Assembly (NCBI RefSeq): GCF_031769215.1 | Contig: NW_026782090.1 | Coordinates: 124,001-188,000, forward strand | Length of the DNA: 64,000 nt | From: Ylistrum balloti | Taxonomy: Eukaryota | Direction: 5' to 3' | Shown here: piece after piece, positions 41,521 to 53,757 of the stretch | Numbering within the stretch: the first letter of the stretch is position 1 | How the letters are laid out: each line of letters opens with the position of its first letter | Notes under the pieces: generated by a model | Seen by the model: the letters and a program-made list of their open reading frames with translations, nothing else | Databases searched by the model: none | Told to the model about the DNA's origin: nothing | Position numbers and translations under genes: made by a program

Positions 41521-41553
41521 AAACCACTCGTGCCGAACCGGGATTTGAACCCT
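41521..41553 (-). mobile_element. tRNA/SINE B-box remnant
   Basis: Minus strand GGGTTCAAATCCCGGTTCGGCACGAGTGGTTT; the A-box side is not recognisable. Confidence 0.35.
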
Positions 41554-42299
41554 AAATGGGGACACCCTGTGACACCTGGTTTTGTTGTTGAGAGATATCG
41601 CTGGCCTGCGAGAGGTTTACATGACTACTGAATATAGCTTTTCAAAACACTGCCTACACAGCTAGTCATCCGTGAACAGCTCAAACCTGTAGAGGAATGG
41701 AGGTTAATAATCAACTGGGAGAATCATGCACTTTATTCTTTGTTCAAATATTATGACAATTAAACAAAAGTGCCTAGGATTGGGATTTTGTACAAATCAT
41801 AGTAACGGAAATGTATTTTTGTAACATGACTCACAAACTAAACACAATAATAAATGACTTCCTCTTACACACTACATTAGGACACGACAACGACAGAAAT
41901 GTACTGGTATTTTTATAAGTATACGTAGAATTTGTAGAAATATTAACAAAATCTGATCTGTCGATTTTCCTTGAAACGGAACGAGTTACAAATTGTGTAA
42001 ACAGAAAAACGTGCACACAATAATCAGGTTAAACAGGTATGTCTCAACATACCTCAGGTAGACACATATTAACGAGAGTGCTGTAACTGATCAAAACTGC
42101 GATACAATTCATAAAACTAAAGTTCTATTTCTTCTGAATCACAATATTATGATAATCTAAGGTAGCGCACTATTTAACTACCTATTTGCTGTACATTTCA
42201 GTAGAACATGCTATAACCCAAAGCCAATGGTGTGTCACAGTGTGCCATACCACACAAACATGTGTCTCAATATCTCAAACAGATTTTTAAGAGATCATT

Positions 42300-42625
42300 C
42301 CATGGCCAGAAAATTAGATGTGTGTGAAGAATATTATACCATGGATAGGAAATATGTTGTGTGTGAAGAATATTATACCATGGACAGGAAATATGTTGTG
42401 TGTGAAGAATATTATACCATGGATAGGTAATAAGTTGTTTGTGAAGAATATTATACAATGGCCAGGTAATAAGTTGTTTGTGAAGAATATTATACAATGG
42501 CCAGGTAATAAGTTGTTTGGAAAAGAAAGTATTCCATGACAAGGAAATAAGTTTGTTTCTGAAGGAGAGTACACCATGACAAGGAAATCAGTTGTTTAGG
42601 AAGGAGGGTTATGGCCAGAAAATAA
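42300..42625. repeat. 39-bp minisatellite (~8 copies) with a left-to-right sequence gradient
   Basis: Unit tgtgtgtgaagaatattataccatggataggaaatatgt drifting to ...caatggccaggtaataagttgtt and ...ccatgacaaggaaat. It explains the four ORFs at 42227-42577. Confidence 0.93.
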
Positions 42626-45600
42626 GGACAGAATTACGAGGTTATGTCATAACCAAAGAAATCAATTTATTTAGAAAGCAGTTCAAAAGCAGATGGTATA
42701 ACATGACCATAAAGATTAAAAATATCAAACCCAGTTAAGGAGACGGTTGTTTAGTTGTCAAGTTTTTTAAAAAGTGGTATAAATCAAAGGGTTTATCAGG
42801 ACCATTAACTAAGGGTCTGTAGAATGTGGTACTTCATTATTTTACAGTACATACTGTGGCTATGTAAGACAAAACTTGTAAACCTTATACAGTGTACGAT
42901 GAAGGGTGATATACAAATACACTAGCTGTAGATATAGAACGGTGTTATTGTATAACACTCTAATATAGAGACAGCCCTCACAACTATCACAATAATTAGT
43001 CTCATTGTACTCGAGACGAGGGCTAGGTCCCCTGGCCAGAGAATGGCTGAGTACCATTCAATCAAACTAACTGTCACCCAGCATTTTTTAAAATAAAAAA
43101 TATGTATTTATTAAAATGAACAAATATTTGTGATTATGTTGTAGATTTGTGGGCAAACCAGACGGTAAGTTTATCAATGACATCAGACTGAGAAGCGACT
43201 GACAACAGGCCTAGACTCTGTCCCCTTTATTTGTAATAAGCTTCATTGTATAATGTAGAGGATGACGTAATCCACCCTTAACCCGTCAATGACTTCCTCC
43301 ACTCATTCGACTGTTATATTCATGTTTCATGTAGTCTAACATCGTACTTTGTGAATCTGGTATATTTGACATTCTTCCGTTTCTTGCACATTTTGTGTAT
43401 AACTATGTTTTATTAATGTCGAGTACGATAACGAAGAATAATGTCCCATCACTCCTACAACTGTGGTGTTTAAGACTCGGTTAATTCGTGTTAAAATTGA
43501 ACGTTTTATCATCTTATAATCTCTAGAAATATACATTTATTATCATAATAACAAAACATACGATTCTAACCGAACCAAGTCATTATGTAAATAAGTTACC
43601 TCAATAAACAACATCAAACTGATAAATCTTCTATGAAGACAACTGCTGTCATGTTGTTTTTGTTTAGTTTACATACATCAACGTTAATGTGGGTAGTGGA
43701 CAATCCCCGGTGATGTCCCTGTCTCCCCTCCGTGTATACTGATGACCAGATGTGACGAATCTACCTATGTAGACATGGGGTTTATATCGACTATCGGATA
43801 CATATCAAGTATATAATGAGGCTATAAAAAACTTGTATTGTTACAGTGAATCAAACAAAGATAGAGATAATATCACCTTTCTTCCAAGCAGCATCGTGAC
43901 GTCTGTAAAGGAAGAAATTAGATCCTTTCTCACACAGGTGGGGCCGCCTTCAAAATCAACTCCTTGTAGACAATGTCAAAGGCCGAACAGAAAGTAATTC
44001 ACACAGGTACATCCAGAAATTTGATCACCTCGTTAAAACGATGTATACATCAAATGCATATATATTCGTCCGATATAAACTAGATGATCCACCCTTATTG
44101 TGTTGTCGATCATAGCCAGCCGAGCACAACGTATGTACCTAAACCTCGTTGTGAAAATCGCACAAATTTGAGGGAAAACTCGTACATAACACAGGCATGA
44201 CACAGATTGAAGCAGACGTGTATCTGGAGTAAAGCAGAACTGTTACAAACACCGTGGACACAACTGTGTTACTCGACTTATGACTAGTCGTCCACATGCA
44301 CGACTTAACAAATCATTCTACTTTAAAACATCCTGTGACTTAGCCGCACGATGTATGGTATGCCAGCACTCGTTCACGATAACACTTCACTGTCTGGCTT
44401 ACACAATCTGTTATATTACCAACAAGACGAGAAAATTTCGATCATCTCTTTAACACAAAGAAGCGGAAATGAAAGCAGGGCCTTTGTTACTTCAGGAGTG
44501 AATCCCTAGAATTACAACTCTCTCGGCAGCCTTGTAACGTTATGCGCTGCAGTTAGCTTTGTCACAGAGCAGCTCCGCTTAGCCAACACTTTGACAGCTT
44601 TATCTACAACGGTTTTCAACGGTTTTTATAAATATTCGACTAAAATTATCTATTTTCTGCTCGGTCATAACATGAGATTCTTTTATGACAATATGAGAAA
44701 CAAATTGACAATATCAAATTGAAATAAAAATTTCGAAAATCATATAATAAATTTTATAATATCACGAAAATTAAAAAAAAAAAACTGACAATACTTTTTG
44801 AGTCAGGTAGCACGTGGTTGTATTCTACAACTAAGACATTATTTATTTAAACCGCCGCAAGAACATGTTATTATTTAAGATTGTGTACTGGACCTTTAAA
44901 TGATGTTAAGGTAGTGGACAGTGTTTACACAACAGTTTTACGTGTGACGAATTTACCGGACACCACTGGAAGTATACACTACACATTAGTACTTTAGGGA
45001 ACTTTAATTAGAACCAGACATTATTTATAGTTCAAGATATTAATCACATTTTACAAACCAAATGACTTTAATTAAACCAAAAGAAAATTAATACTGCTGA
45101 ACTTCAAATAGGCAATTAGTTATTTGGTATTGAGTAACCTAACGGACGAATATCGGGCGAGTATTCTCATCTTTTACAAGAATAATTGGATTCAGGTGAT
45201 GGAAACCATATCAGTGATATATCACCTTGTAAATCTGATGGTCTCATTGAAAGAATATGAATTTCACTAACACGTACAACATACAGTTATTAGAATATTT
45301 AGCTTTATATAATCAAATATTCCATCAGCTAATTTTAAACATTAAAAAAGGACGTATTTATAAAAGTCTGTTCCCTAACTCTTACAGATCATAATAATTC
45401 TAAATATTATTTTTAAAATGTTTCAACCTAATTTCCTAAACATTCTGCAAGGAATTCGTCACGAACGATCTACAGATTAAGACTGTATCACAATAAAGAA
45501 TGAATACACGACTTATTTTACGCACAGTTATTTTAACAAAAAACCAGCGAGAAGTAGATACAAATTGTGATGTAATGTAGAAATGATATCAATGAATACA

Positions 45601-45738
45601 TAAAAAAATACACAAAAAACAAATCTAAACTCTGCTAAAGATGTAAATACAAATACTAAAATAGACATGTTATCACACTGTCCTTTGTCCCAAACCGATG
45701 GAGAAATAATGATAAATGAACACACATATCAATACCAG

Positions 45739-45815
45739 CATATAGTTTAACACTAGTCGTACAACATATAGTTTAACACTAGTCGTACAACATATAGTCT
45801 AACACTAGCCGTACT
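45739..45815. repeat. 26-bp tandem repeat x3
   Basis: catatagtttaacactagtcgtacaa repeated. Confidence 0.9.
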
Positions 45816-47497
45816 AATTACAAATATGACAGGGAAAATGAAACATGTCATATAACGCCATAATATCAAAAAGTATATTAATGAAATAAAACTAATAGAA
45901 ATAAAATATTTTGTAGATAATCTGATGTAGTAATAAAGACCTTTAATTCAAAAGAAATGAATGGATAAGGATTTCAGTTCACATTTAATCTAATCCAGAA
46001 TCTAATCTACAAACCATGACATTTTCAAGAAAAAAGAATCCCAATCTATTTACGATCTTTTGTTGATACCATCTAACACCCTATACAGGATTCCTATCTT
46101 TCAAAATAAACATGTTCCACAACGTACAGGTGGTTTATATCAAAGAGTTTAATTGTATACAGCATGGAAGTCACATGACCATTAATTTCGAAGAAAACAG
46201 TTCTCAGTGATTCTAACAAATCGGTATTTTTTTAGCGCTGGAGAAAGGATCTTGTGAGAGGTTACGGTTATCAAAGTACGTTAAGGATGAACCCATGTAC
46301 GAACGCATGGTATATTCAATACTATTTGTAAATTATACATCGGGCGCTATATTCTTCATTATCGCGAGTTCGTGTTCAGTTTCCACTGTATCAGACCAGC
46401 CATCACAAGGTGAGATGATTGAGCATTCGTCCCGGAGATATCTTAAACAGCTGATATAACGATATAACGCATATGAAACATCTGACAAACCGACCCCTCG
46501 ACAAGCCGCTAGCAGGGTTCCTACAGTAATATGACATTGATGGCCTACCTACAGGAATTGTGAGAACTGATTTCAAGATTTTGAAATTTTTGACCGACTC
46601 GAGGGAGATTCTGACAGTAACTTAGAAAAAAAAAAACTGAATCAAGGGAGAAGGAAACAACATACTGGGTAGTACCTTATCTAACATGTTACGTCTTCCT
46701 TAACAATTCAACAGCGAAGTAAAACTCTAGATCCTAGGAGAACACACTTTCCCAACATTCCTTCACCATTAAAGAGGACTTCATAATAAACTATTCTTCT
46801 TAGTTATCATAGCAGATTTGTTTAGAAAAGAAAAGATGCATATTCCTATTAATTCATTCCAAGGAGAGCCTCTTTTCTTTGAAAGTACCTCTTTATTCTC
46901 AGAGGGAAATTATTTCGGCTTATTAGCTTCAGTTTTTGGTCTGCCGTTAATACCTTTCAAAGGTTACCTAGATATAACAGGAAGAGGGAAGTTACGTTCG
47001 TTCTCCCTGAAATTACAAACCCTTAAAATCCATAGACTGCGGTAATTGGTTCCACATGTCAGATTGTCTATTATTCCTGGTTTTCTTGCCTAGCGGATTT
47101 AAACTTTGTTCTGAGAGCAAAGCTTTAAAAGCTTGCTGAAAGGTCGTTAAATATCAACGAGGATGGTATAGAATTGGTTATAATCACGTTTTCTATACAT
47201 ATAAACCTAGTACTGAACAGATTTTGTTATAAAAAGATCTAAATTTACCGGGTTTGAAAATACATCGTCACTCCATCATGGAGGTTTTGCAGTAAGATCG
47301 TTAATGGTACAGTGAGGTTACGATATCGGTACAAAACTTTTCAGTGCTTCAAAAGCGACCAATGAAGTTTGTGTTATAAGCATTAATTAGACATTATTAG
47401 GCATGCATCGCGCAATGCATGTGTATCCCAGTATTCTTCAAAAAATACTGTTCTACTTTATTTAAATGGCTTCCGAGGAAGTTAATCTTATCTTTCA

Positions 47498-47575
47498 ACA
47501 TTACCGAATCTGTCACACAGGTATCAACACTACCGAATCTGTCACACAGGTATCAACATTACCGAATCTGTTACA
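47498..47575. repeat. 29-bp tandem repeat x2.6
   Basis: acattaccgaatctgtcacacaggtatca repeated. Confidence 0.9.
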
Positions 47576-47967
47576 TTACTTAATTATCACACTAATGCGG
47601 TACTTTCCTTTGATCTAAGCAGGGTATTTCATATGACGTTATCATATCAAAATTATATTCACAACGACATCGAAGAACTGTTTCTTGACACATCATCAAG
47701 TACGCCGGATATTGATGCCTGGCACAGCGTCTATACAAAACTGCTGCAGTCTCAAAGGATACATAAGGAAGACCATCTCGTCTCGTCTAAACATTACAAC
47801 AGAGATTGAATTTGTCACAAGTAATGAGACGATATACTGTTCAGACGTATCGAAATATAAAGTAAAGGACGTGGATGTCTGTTTTCAAGTATGGATTAAA
47901 AATAAGTGTGCATCTTAAAAGAGACCGGAAACACATTACAGAATGGCGCTTTATCAAGAATACTGTT

Positions 47968-48083
47968 TTCATACGTCGTGTTGAAGAATTTTAAGGTTCA
48001 TACGTCGTGTTAATAGATTTTAAGGTTCATACATCGTGTTAATAGATTTTAAGGTTCATACGTCGTGTTAATAGATTTTAAGG
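47968..48083. repeat. 29-bp tandem repeat x4
   Basis: ttcatacgtcgtgttaatagattttaagg repeated; unrelated to the 29-mer at 47498. Confidence 0.9.
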
Positions 48084-48824
48084 TATCAAATTGGAATGAT
48101 TAGTCTTATTCAAAATTTCTAAGCAGTTGTTTGTACAGAATCTCAAGTTTTGATTCAATATGTGACGTGCAAGTACACTTAATAAACCTTGATAAAATTG
48201 CCCTGGATTATAATCTGTATATTACGTTAACTTATCCCGAAGATCATAAGGAGTAAGAGTGAATAAGTCTGAAGTCACGTGATAACGTTATAGACTATCA
48301 TTGTTAGGTAATTGTTGTAACTTAGATTGTATCTTTGTAAAATTGGAAACTATTCTAAATTTCATTTCATCGCTTTTTTTTAAAAACAATTTTCGGATAC
48401 ATGCACGAGTCTGGCGATATAATGTAACGGACGTCATTTAAAATTTAATCAATTTATAAAAAACAACAATCTTAACAAAACTTATATCACATAAATGACG
48501 TGGATTGTTAATAGAAAATAATTCGTAGATAATAACGGGAAATAAATGAAACGAAAGGGAAGAAGTCGAGTCACATGAAAAAGCATCAGGCAGCTTAGCG
48601 TCGGAATACAGAATTAGTAAAAAGATTAACACGCGTTACACAAACTGTAAACTAAACTCAGAACCACACTAAACGCAGAACATAGAAACTTATTACGGAA
48701 AATCTATAACACCTTTACATACTTATTCTGAATAGAATATTACATTACTACAAGCATTTACAGTCTTATTAAATTCTGTATTCTTTCCTGGGATCCAGAA
48801 ATCATATTAAGAATATCTAATGAT

Positions 48825-48898
48825 ATCTACCTCTGTGCATACCAATTAAATTAAACAGAGAATCTACCTCTGTGCATACCAATTAAATTAAACAGAGA
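48825..48898. repeat. 37-bp perfect tandem duplication
   Basis: atctacctctgtgcataccaattaaattaaacagaga x2. Confidence 0.9.
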
Positions 48899-50010
48899 AA
48901 AAATATTTATTATTAGATCAAGTTGATAAATATTCACATCACAGGCTAATAAACGCACTGACGTTATTTTCTTTCAAGAAAATCTCAAATTATACAAATA
49001 CCACATATGTTTTATTACAAAATGAGCATGTTCCTTGTGATATTAAAGGCATATATCTATAGTGATAAGATCTCCTGCCAGCAGGTTCAAGAAGAGCTGT
49101 CCCTCACATTTTCCCATAAACCTCATCGTCTTTGAAATTTGAGCAGCCAAAGTCAAATAGGATACATACCTGACGTCATTGAGTTCCTATTTTAAAAAAC
49201 ACTCAAAAGGAAAAAGTGAATATTTAACAGGAACATTTAAGAGGAATGGCGACCCGAACTGTCAACGTTAAATATTATATAAATATTTGAAAACGTCAAA
49301 TCATGTTAAATATATAATTAATAAAAAAGTTTGGCCATCAACAGTTTACAAAGTAAGCTGTTTATACAATGACATACTGACATTAACCCGTGATGTGTAT
49401 GTACAATGCATAATGGTAAAGACCACGTCAAGCAGTGACGAATGACTTCCCCTGATGATAGTGTTGTCCCTACTCCGTGATCCATTTATAAAGATAAAAA
49501 ACAATATAAATATTCATAAACCAAAACAAGTTACTACATAGGCAAATCTATCTCCCACTGGAAAAGTACACTTTATCTTGTAGAAACTGTCAGAATCTCC
49601 GTCTATCGACCTAAATACACTCCAGTGTGTCATTAGTAAAATATTCTACCCGTGGACAGAACTCGCCGAGTATACGAACATTTGTTGTAGAAAGAACAGG
49701 AGGAACTCCAGGTGTCAACAAAATCTATTGGAATTTGGAACAGATAAATAATGGAAGACCACCATTACATTACATCTCTTGAAGTCTATATCTACAGCAT
49801 TTGTTCTTTCCTCTTTATCATAAAGTTAAATATGTATTTGTTTATGCTCTTTCATTAACGATTGGATAACACAAATCTAATTAGAAGTGAAGATTTATAT
49901 AATACAACACTATTATCACATATTCTGTAATTTCATTATCATCAATACAAAACATAATCAGTTTACAACTATTGCAAAACAAAATATTCAGAATTATACT
50001 TGTTTACGTC

Positions 50011-50072
50011 GTTTGGAGAATCGAACCCCGGACGTCTAAGTAAGAGTCAAGTTTGTTAACACTACGTCACTT
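50011..50072 (-). mobile_element. tRNA-like SINE head
   Basis: Minus strand gtgacgtagtgttaac (A-box-like) ... gtccggggttcgattctcc (B box). Degenerate stems, so not a tRNA gene. Confidence 0.5.
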
Positions 50073-50711
50073 GACAGTATACTGATGACACACATATAAT
50101 TACAAAATCTCATCATGTATTATATTTACAAACGATACTTGAATATTTAAATACACGTGGCAATATTTTTTTTTGTTTTTCAATTAAAACAAATTCTGAA
50201 GGAAGAGAGATATAGAAGGAGGCAGTCACAATTACCGTTGATGTCAGTACACCGTGGTATACATGCTGCATCTATTTATGACACACATTTACAAATTACA
50301 TTTATCTTTCTTGTCAGTTTGAAGTTTGGTAATTTCCTGTTCGGAACAAACTTCATCTCTAATCGATCGATCCCACCTGTGCTTCTATCCTGCTGTAACG
50401 TGAGGTCATTGCTCAGTAATTTGTTTCCCATTGAAATGAAATCGATTGCTGGAATAAAATTGTCTACTTCACATCATCAATCTTACTTAAATTCCACCTT
50501 TCTAAAACTAATGTCTAGACATATTTTAAAGGAAACATACAGAATTTGAAACCTTTATGTTCAAATCTATCAAATGCTACGAAGCAGATATATTAAAAGC
50601 AGATACGTCTGAGACAGAAACGTTTTGAATACAATGACAAAACCTGTATCTACATGACAACATGGATTCTAAATAATGGAAAATAGTTATAATAGGTAAC
50701 GTCATGTGAAA

Positions 50712-51815
50712 CTGTTGTCGTTCCTATTGTAACATCTGTACCTCTTGTCGTTCCTCCTGTAACACGTGTAACTCTTGTTGTTTCTAATGTGATACGTGTA
50801 ACTCTTGTTGTTCCTAATGTGATACGTGTAACTCTTGTTGTTCCTGATGTGATAAGTGTAACTCTTGTTTCTGATGTGATACGTGTAACTCTTGTTTCTG
50901 ATGTGATACGTGTAACTTGTTTCTGATGTGATACGTGTAACTCTTGTTGTTCCTGATGTGATACGTGTAAATCTTGTTGTTCCTAATGTGATACGTGTAA
51001 CTCTTGTTGTTCCTAATGTGATACGTGTAACTCTTGTTGTTTCTGATGTGATACGTGTAACTCTTGTTTCTAATGTGATACGTGTAACTCTTGTTGTTCC
51101 TAATGTGATACGTGTAACTCTTGTTGTTCCTGATGTGATACGTGTAACTCTTGTTGTTCCTAATGTGATACGTGTAACTCTTGTTGTTTCTGATGTGATA
51201 CGTGTAACTCTTGTTGTTTCTGATGTGATACGTGTAACTCTTGTTGTTTCTAATGTGATACGTGTAACTTGTTTCTGATGTGATACGTGTAACTCTTGTT
51301 CCTAATGTGATACGTGTAACTCTTGTTGTTCCTAATGTGATACGTGTAACTTGTTTCTGATGTGATACATGTAACTTGTTTCTGATGGGATACGTGTAAC
51401 TCTTGTTGTTCCTAATGTGATACGTGTAACCCTTGTTGTTCCTGATGTGATACGTGTAACTCTTGTTGTTCCTGATGTGATACGTGTAACTTTTGTTGTT
51501 CCTGATGTGATACGTGTAACTCTTGTTGTTCCTAATGTGATACGTTTAACTTGTTTCTGATGTGATACGTGTAACTCTTGTTTCTGATGTGATACGTGTA
51601 ACGTGTTTCTGATGTGATACGTGTAACTCTTGTTGTTCCTGATGTGATACGTGTTACTCTTGTTGTTTCTAATGTGATACGTGTAACTTGTTTCTGATGT
51701 GATACGTGTTACTCTTGTTGTTCCTAATGTGATACGTGTAACTCTTGTTGTTTCTAATGTGATACGTGTAACTCTTGTTGTTCCTGATGTGATACGTGTA
51801 ACTCTTGTTGTTCCT
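50712..51815. repeat. 30/27/25-bp minisatellite (~37 copies)
   Basis: Units gtgatacgtgtaactcttgttgttcctaat (30), gtgatacgtgtaactcttgtttctgat (27) and gtgatacgtgtaacttgtttctgat (25) interspersed. It explains the ORF at 50928-51278. Confidence 0.97.
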
Positions 51816-53729
51816 TTAGCTCCAAATCGTTAACGAAACAATTATTTTGTGTTTTTGATAAATCATCTGAACATATCTCATGATATTTATGTGTTGTGTT
51901 TCAATCCTTTCACTGACATTAGAGTTTATATATCATATGGACGTTGTTATACATTGGATGTTATATGTGACACACATATATGTATTGCAACGATTCCTTT
52001 AAAATTTCCACTGATGTGCCAAAAAAATCCTTTTTACACTCATTATAGGTCTACCGAAATGTCATGATCAATCTATTATCTAAATTGTAGTGAAAAATGA
52101 AATGATTTAACTAAACCATCTCCATGTTACGTAAATCAGATGCAAAGTGCCAACCTTTTAAAGTTGTTAAATTCAATCGAAAGTGATACCTCAGGCTGAA
52201 GTGCAAGGTTCCCTAGAACTAGTTAGACTCAGAATCAAGTTTCTCTTTCATATAAGCATGTAATTTGACGATACATCTTTTGTTACTCTCCCCAGATAAA
52301 AGAATGATTAAAAGTGAGGAAAGGTAAGGTCCCTTTATAGTACTAACATTGAACAGAGAATTTTATCGCCTCCAAATGTCAGCAATAAACCTATTGTGTG
52401 AAGCAGGCTTATTTAAACCATTAGAACTAAGCCCGGCTGCGACCTAAACCGATCAGGTTAAACAAACGTTTTAGTAGCAGATGACGGACTAACATTAACC
52501 TGAGTATATATCAAAGTTGACGCGGTTACAAACGTTCCACTGACTGTGACGTCCCCTAACTTTCCATGTCTGACCAAACCTTTCAGTGTCAATTAAGGCC
52601 ACATACGAAAACCTATACCTGTATCTTGTCAGGTTTCCGTGATATGTACGGTCATCAGGGGAGCAGACAACACAAACCCTCCAGGGCAACAATTTAATTT
52701 CCATTTAGTATTGAATGTTAAATGGATGCTTATATCTAATGGATCAAAAGAACTAATGCACACTTTCACCTCTTTGTTGGAAAAAGACCTTATCGTGACC
52801 TCAAAGATTTTTCTTCGCCATAGATTACTTCCTGTCTCTAGAGTTATTGATGGTATTACAATAAGTTATCTGATTTTGTGAAATATGCAAATGGGGCATG
52901 ATAAAATGTTATTTGAGACGAAGTCAAAATTCAAAATCATTTAATACCTTAACTGACCAATCAATTCAATATTATTATTTTACAGCAATTGTGAACCAGC
53001 CAAAACTCATGTTGCTGCACTTCATGTTATTTTTGCATTTTAGCGATGTAAAAATGCTATTAAATAAACAGAATAAAATATGTTATCAGAATTCAGCCAT
53101 CCATCTCATTAACAGAGTAATTGATATCTATATACTGGATATAGGGTGTACAACTGTACATATCTACCGTACATACAACGATACTCAAAACTTTCCTAAT
53201 ATACCTTCCATATTCAAACTAGAGCCAAAATGAGACCACATCAACACACAAAGAGCCGCGATATTTGTCAGAACCGAGTGGTCTATCTCTAGTGTTGTAG
53301 TTCTTACTTTAATAAGTCGTTTTACATCTGACAATAATTTCACAATCTATTTACCAAATGTGAATATTTGTTTAAACTCGACCCTGAATAAACTTAATGA
53401 AGACTTCAGGACGATGTTGTTATTCAAACTAGCCTGTTGAATATCTTCAGTAGCTCTTATCACTCACCTTTTGTAAACACAGTGTTGACTTTGGTCAAAC
53501 ATAGGTACAAAGCTCGCGACGTACAGGAAGAGTCTTAATTCTAATTCCGGAATCGGTATCGGAAACCGGATCATGAAATTCGTGTCTTTGCATACGTCAC
53601 CGTAGCGAACAGAATGTTATGTTGTTTTATTGTTTATATAAGTAGATAAGTGTATTAGCGGATTCAAAACAGTAGGAATTGAAAACAAGTACAATATGTC
53701 GGTTTTAAAAACCATAGTGTCTTCCTTAC

Positions 53730-53757
53730 TTTTAAGATTATATATCGAGCTTGATTT
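53730..53757 (-). CDS. Candidate 28-nt orphan exon
   Basis: Acceptor gtgattttacacag|AAA and donor AAAA|gtaagg; phase 0 to phase 1; reads KSSSIYNLK and is phase-compatible with the 55720 donor. Confidence 0.22.

Noticed and set aside
6046-44894. TTAAAGG / CCTTTAA motifs (6046, 26770, 44888) as Kolobok-type termini
   Set aside because: No pair with matching inverted termini at a plausible distance was found.
32453-50072. B-box-containing segments (32453, 41521, 50011) as tRNA genes
   Set aside because: Acceptor and anticodon stems do not pair; they are better explained as SINE heads.
50928-51278. (VIRVTLVVPN)n ORF as a real protein
   Set aside because: It is a by-product of the 30-bp minisatellite, and interspersed 25-bp units break the frame.
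16256-51815. Tandem arrays (41, 35, 31, 39 and 30 bp) as CRISPR arrays
   Set aside because: Units are contiguous with no unique spacers, there are no cas-like ORFs, and the context is intron-containing eukaryotic DNA.
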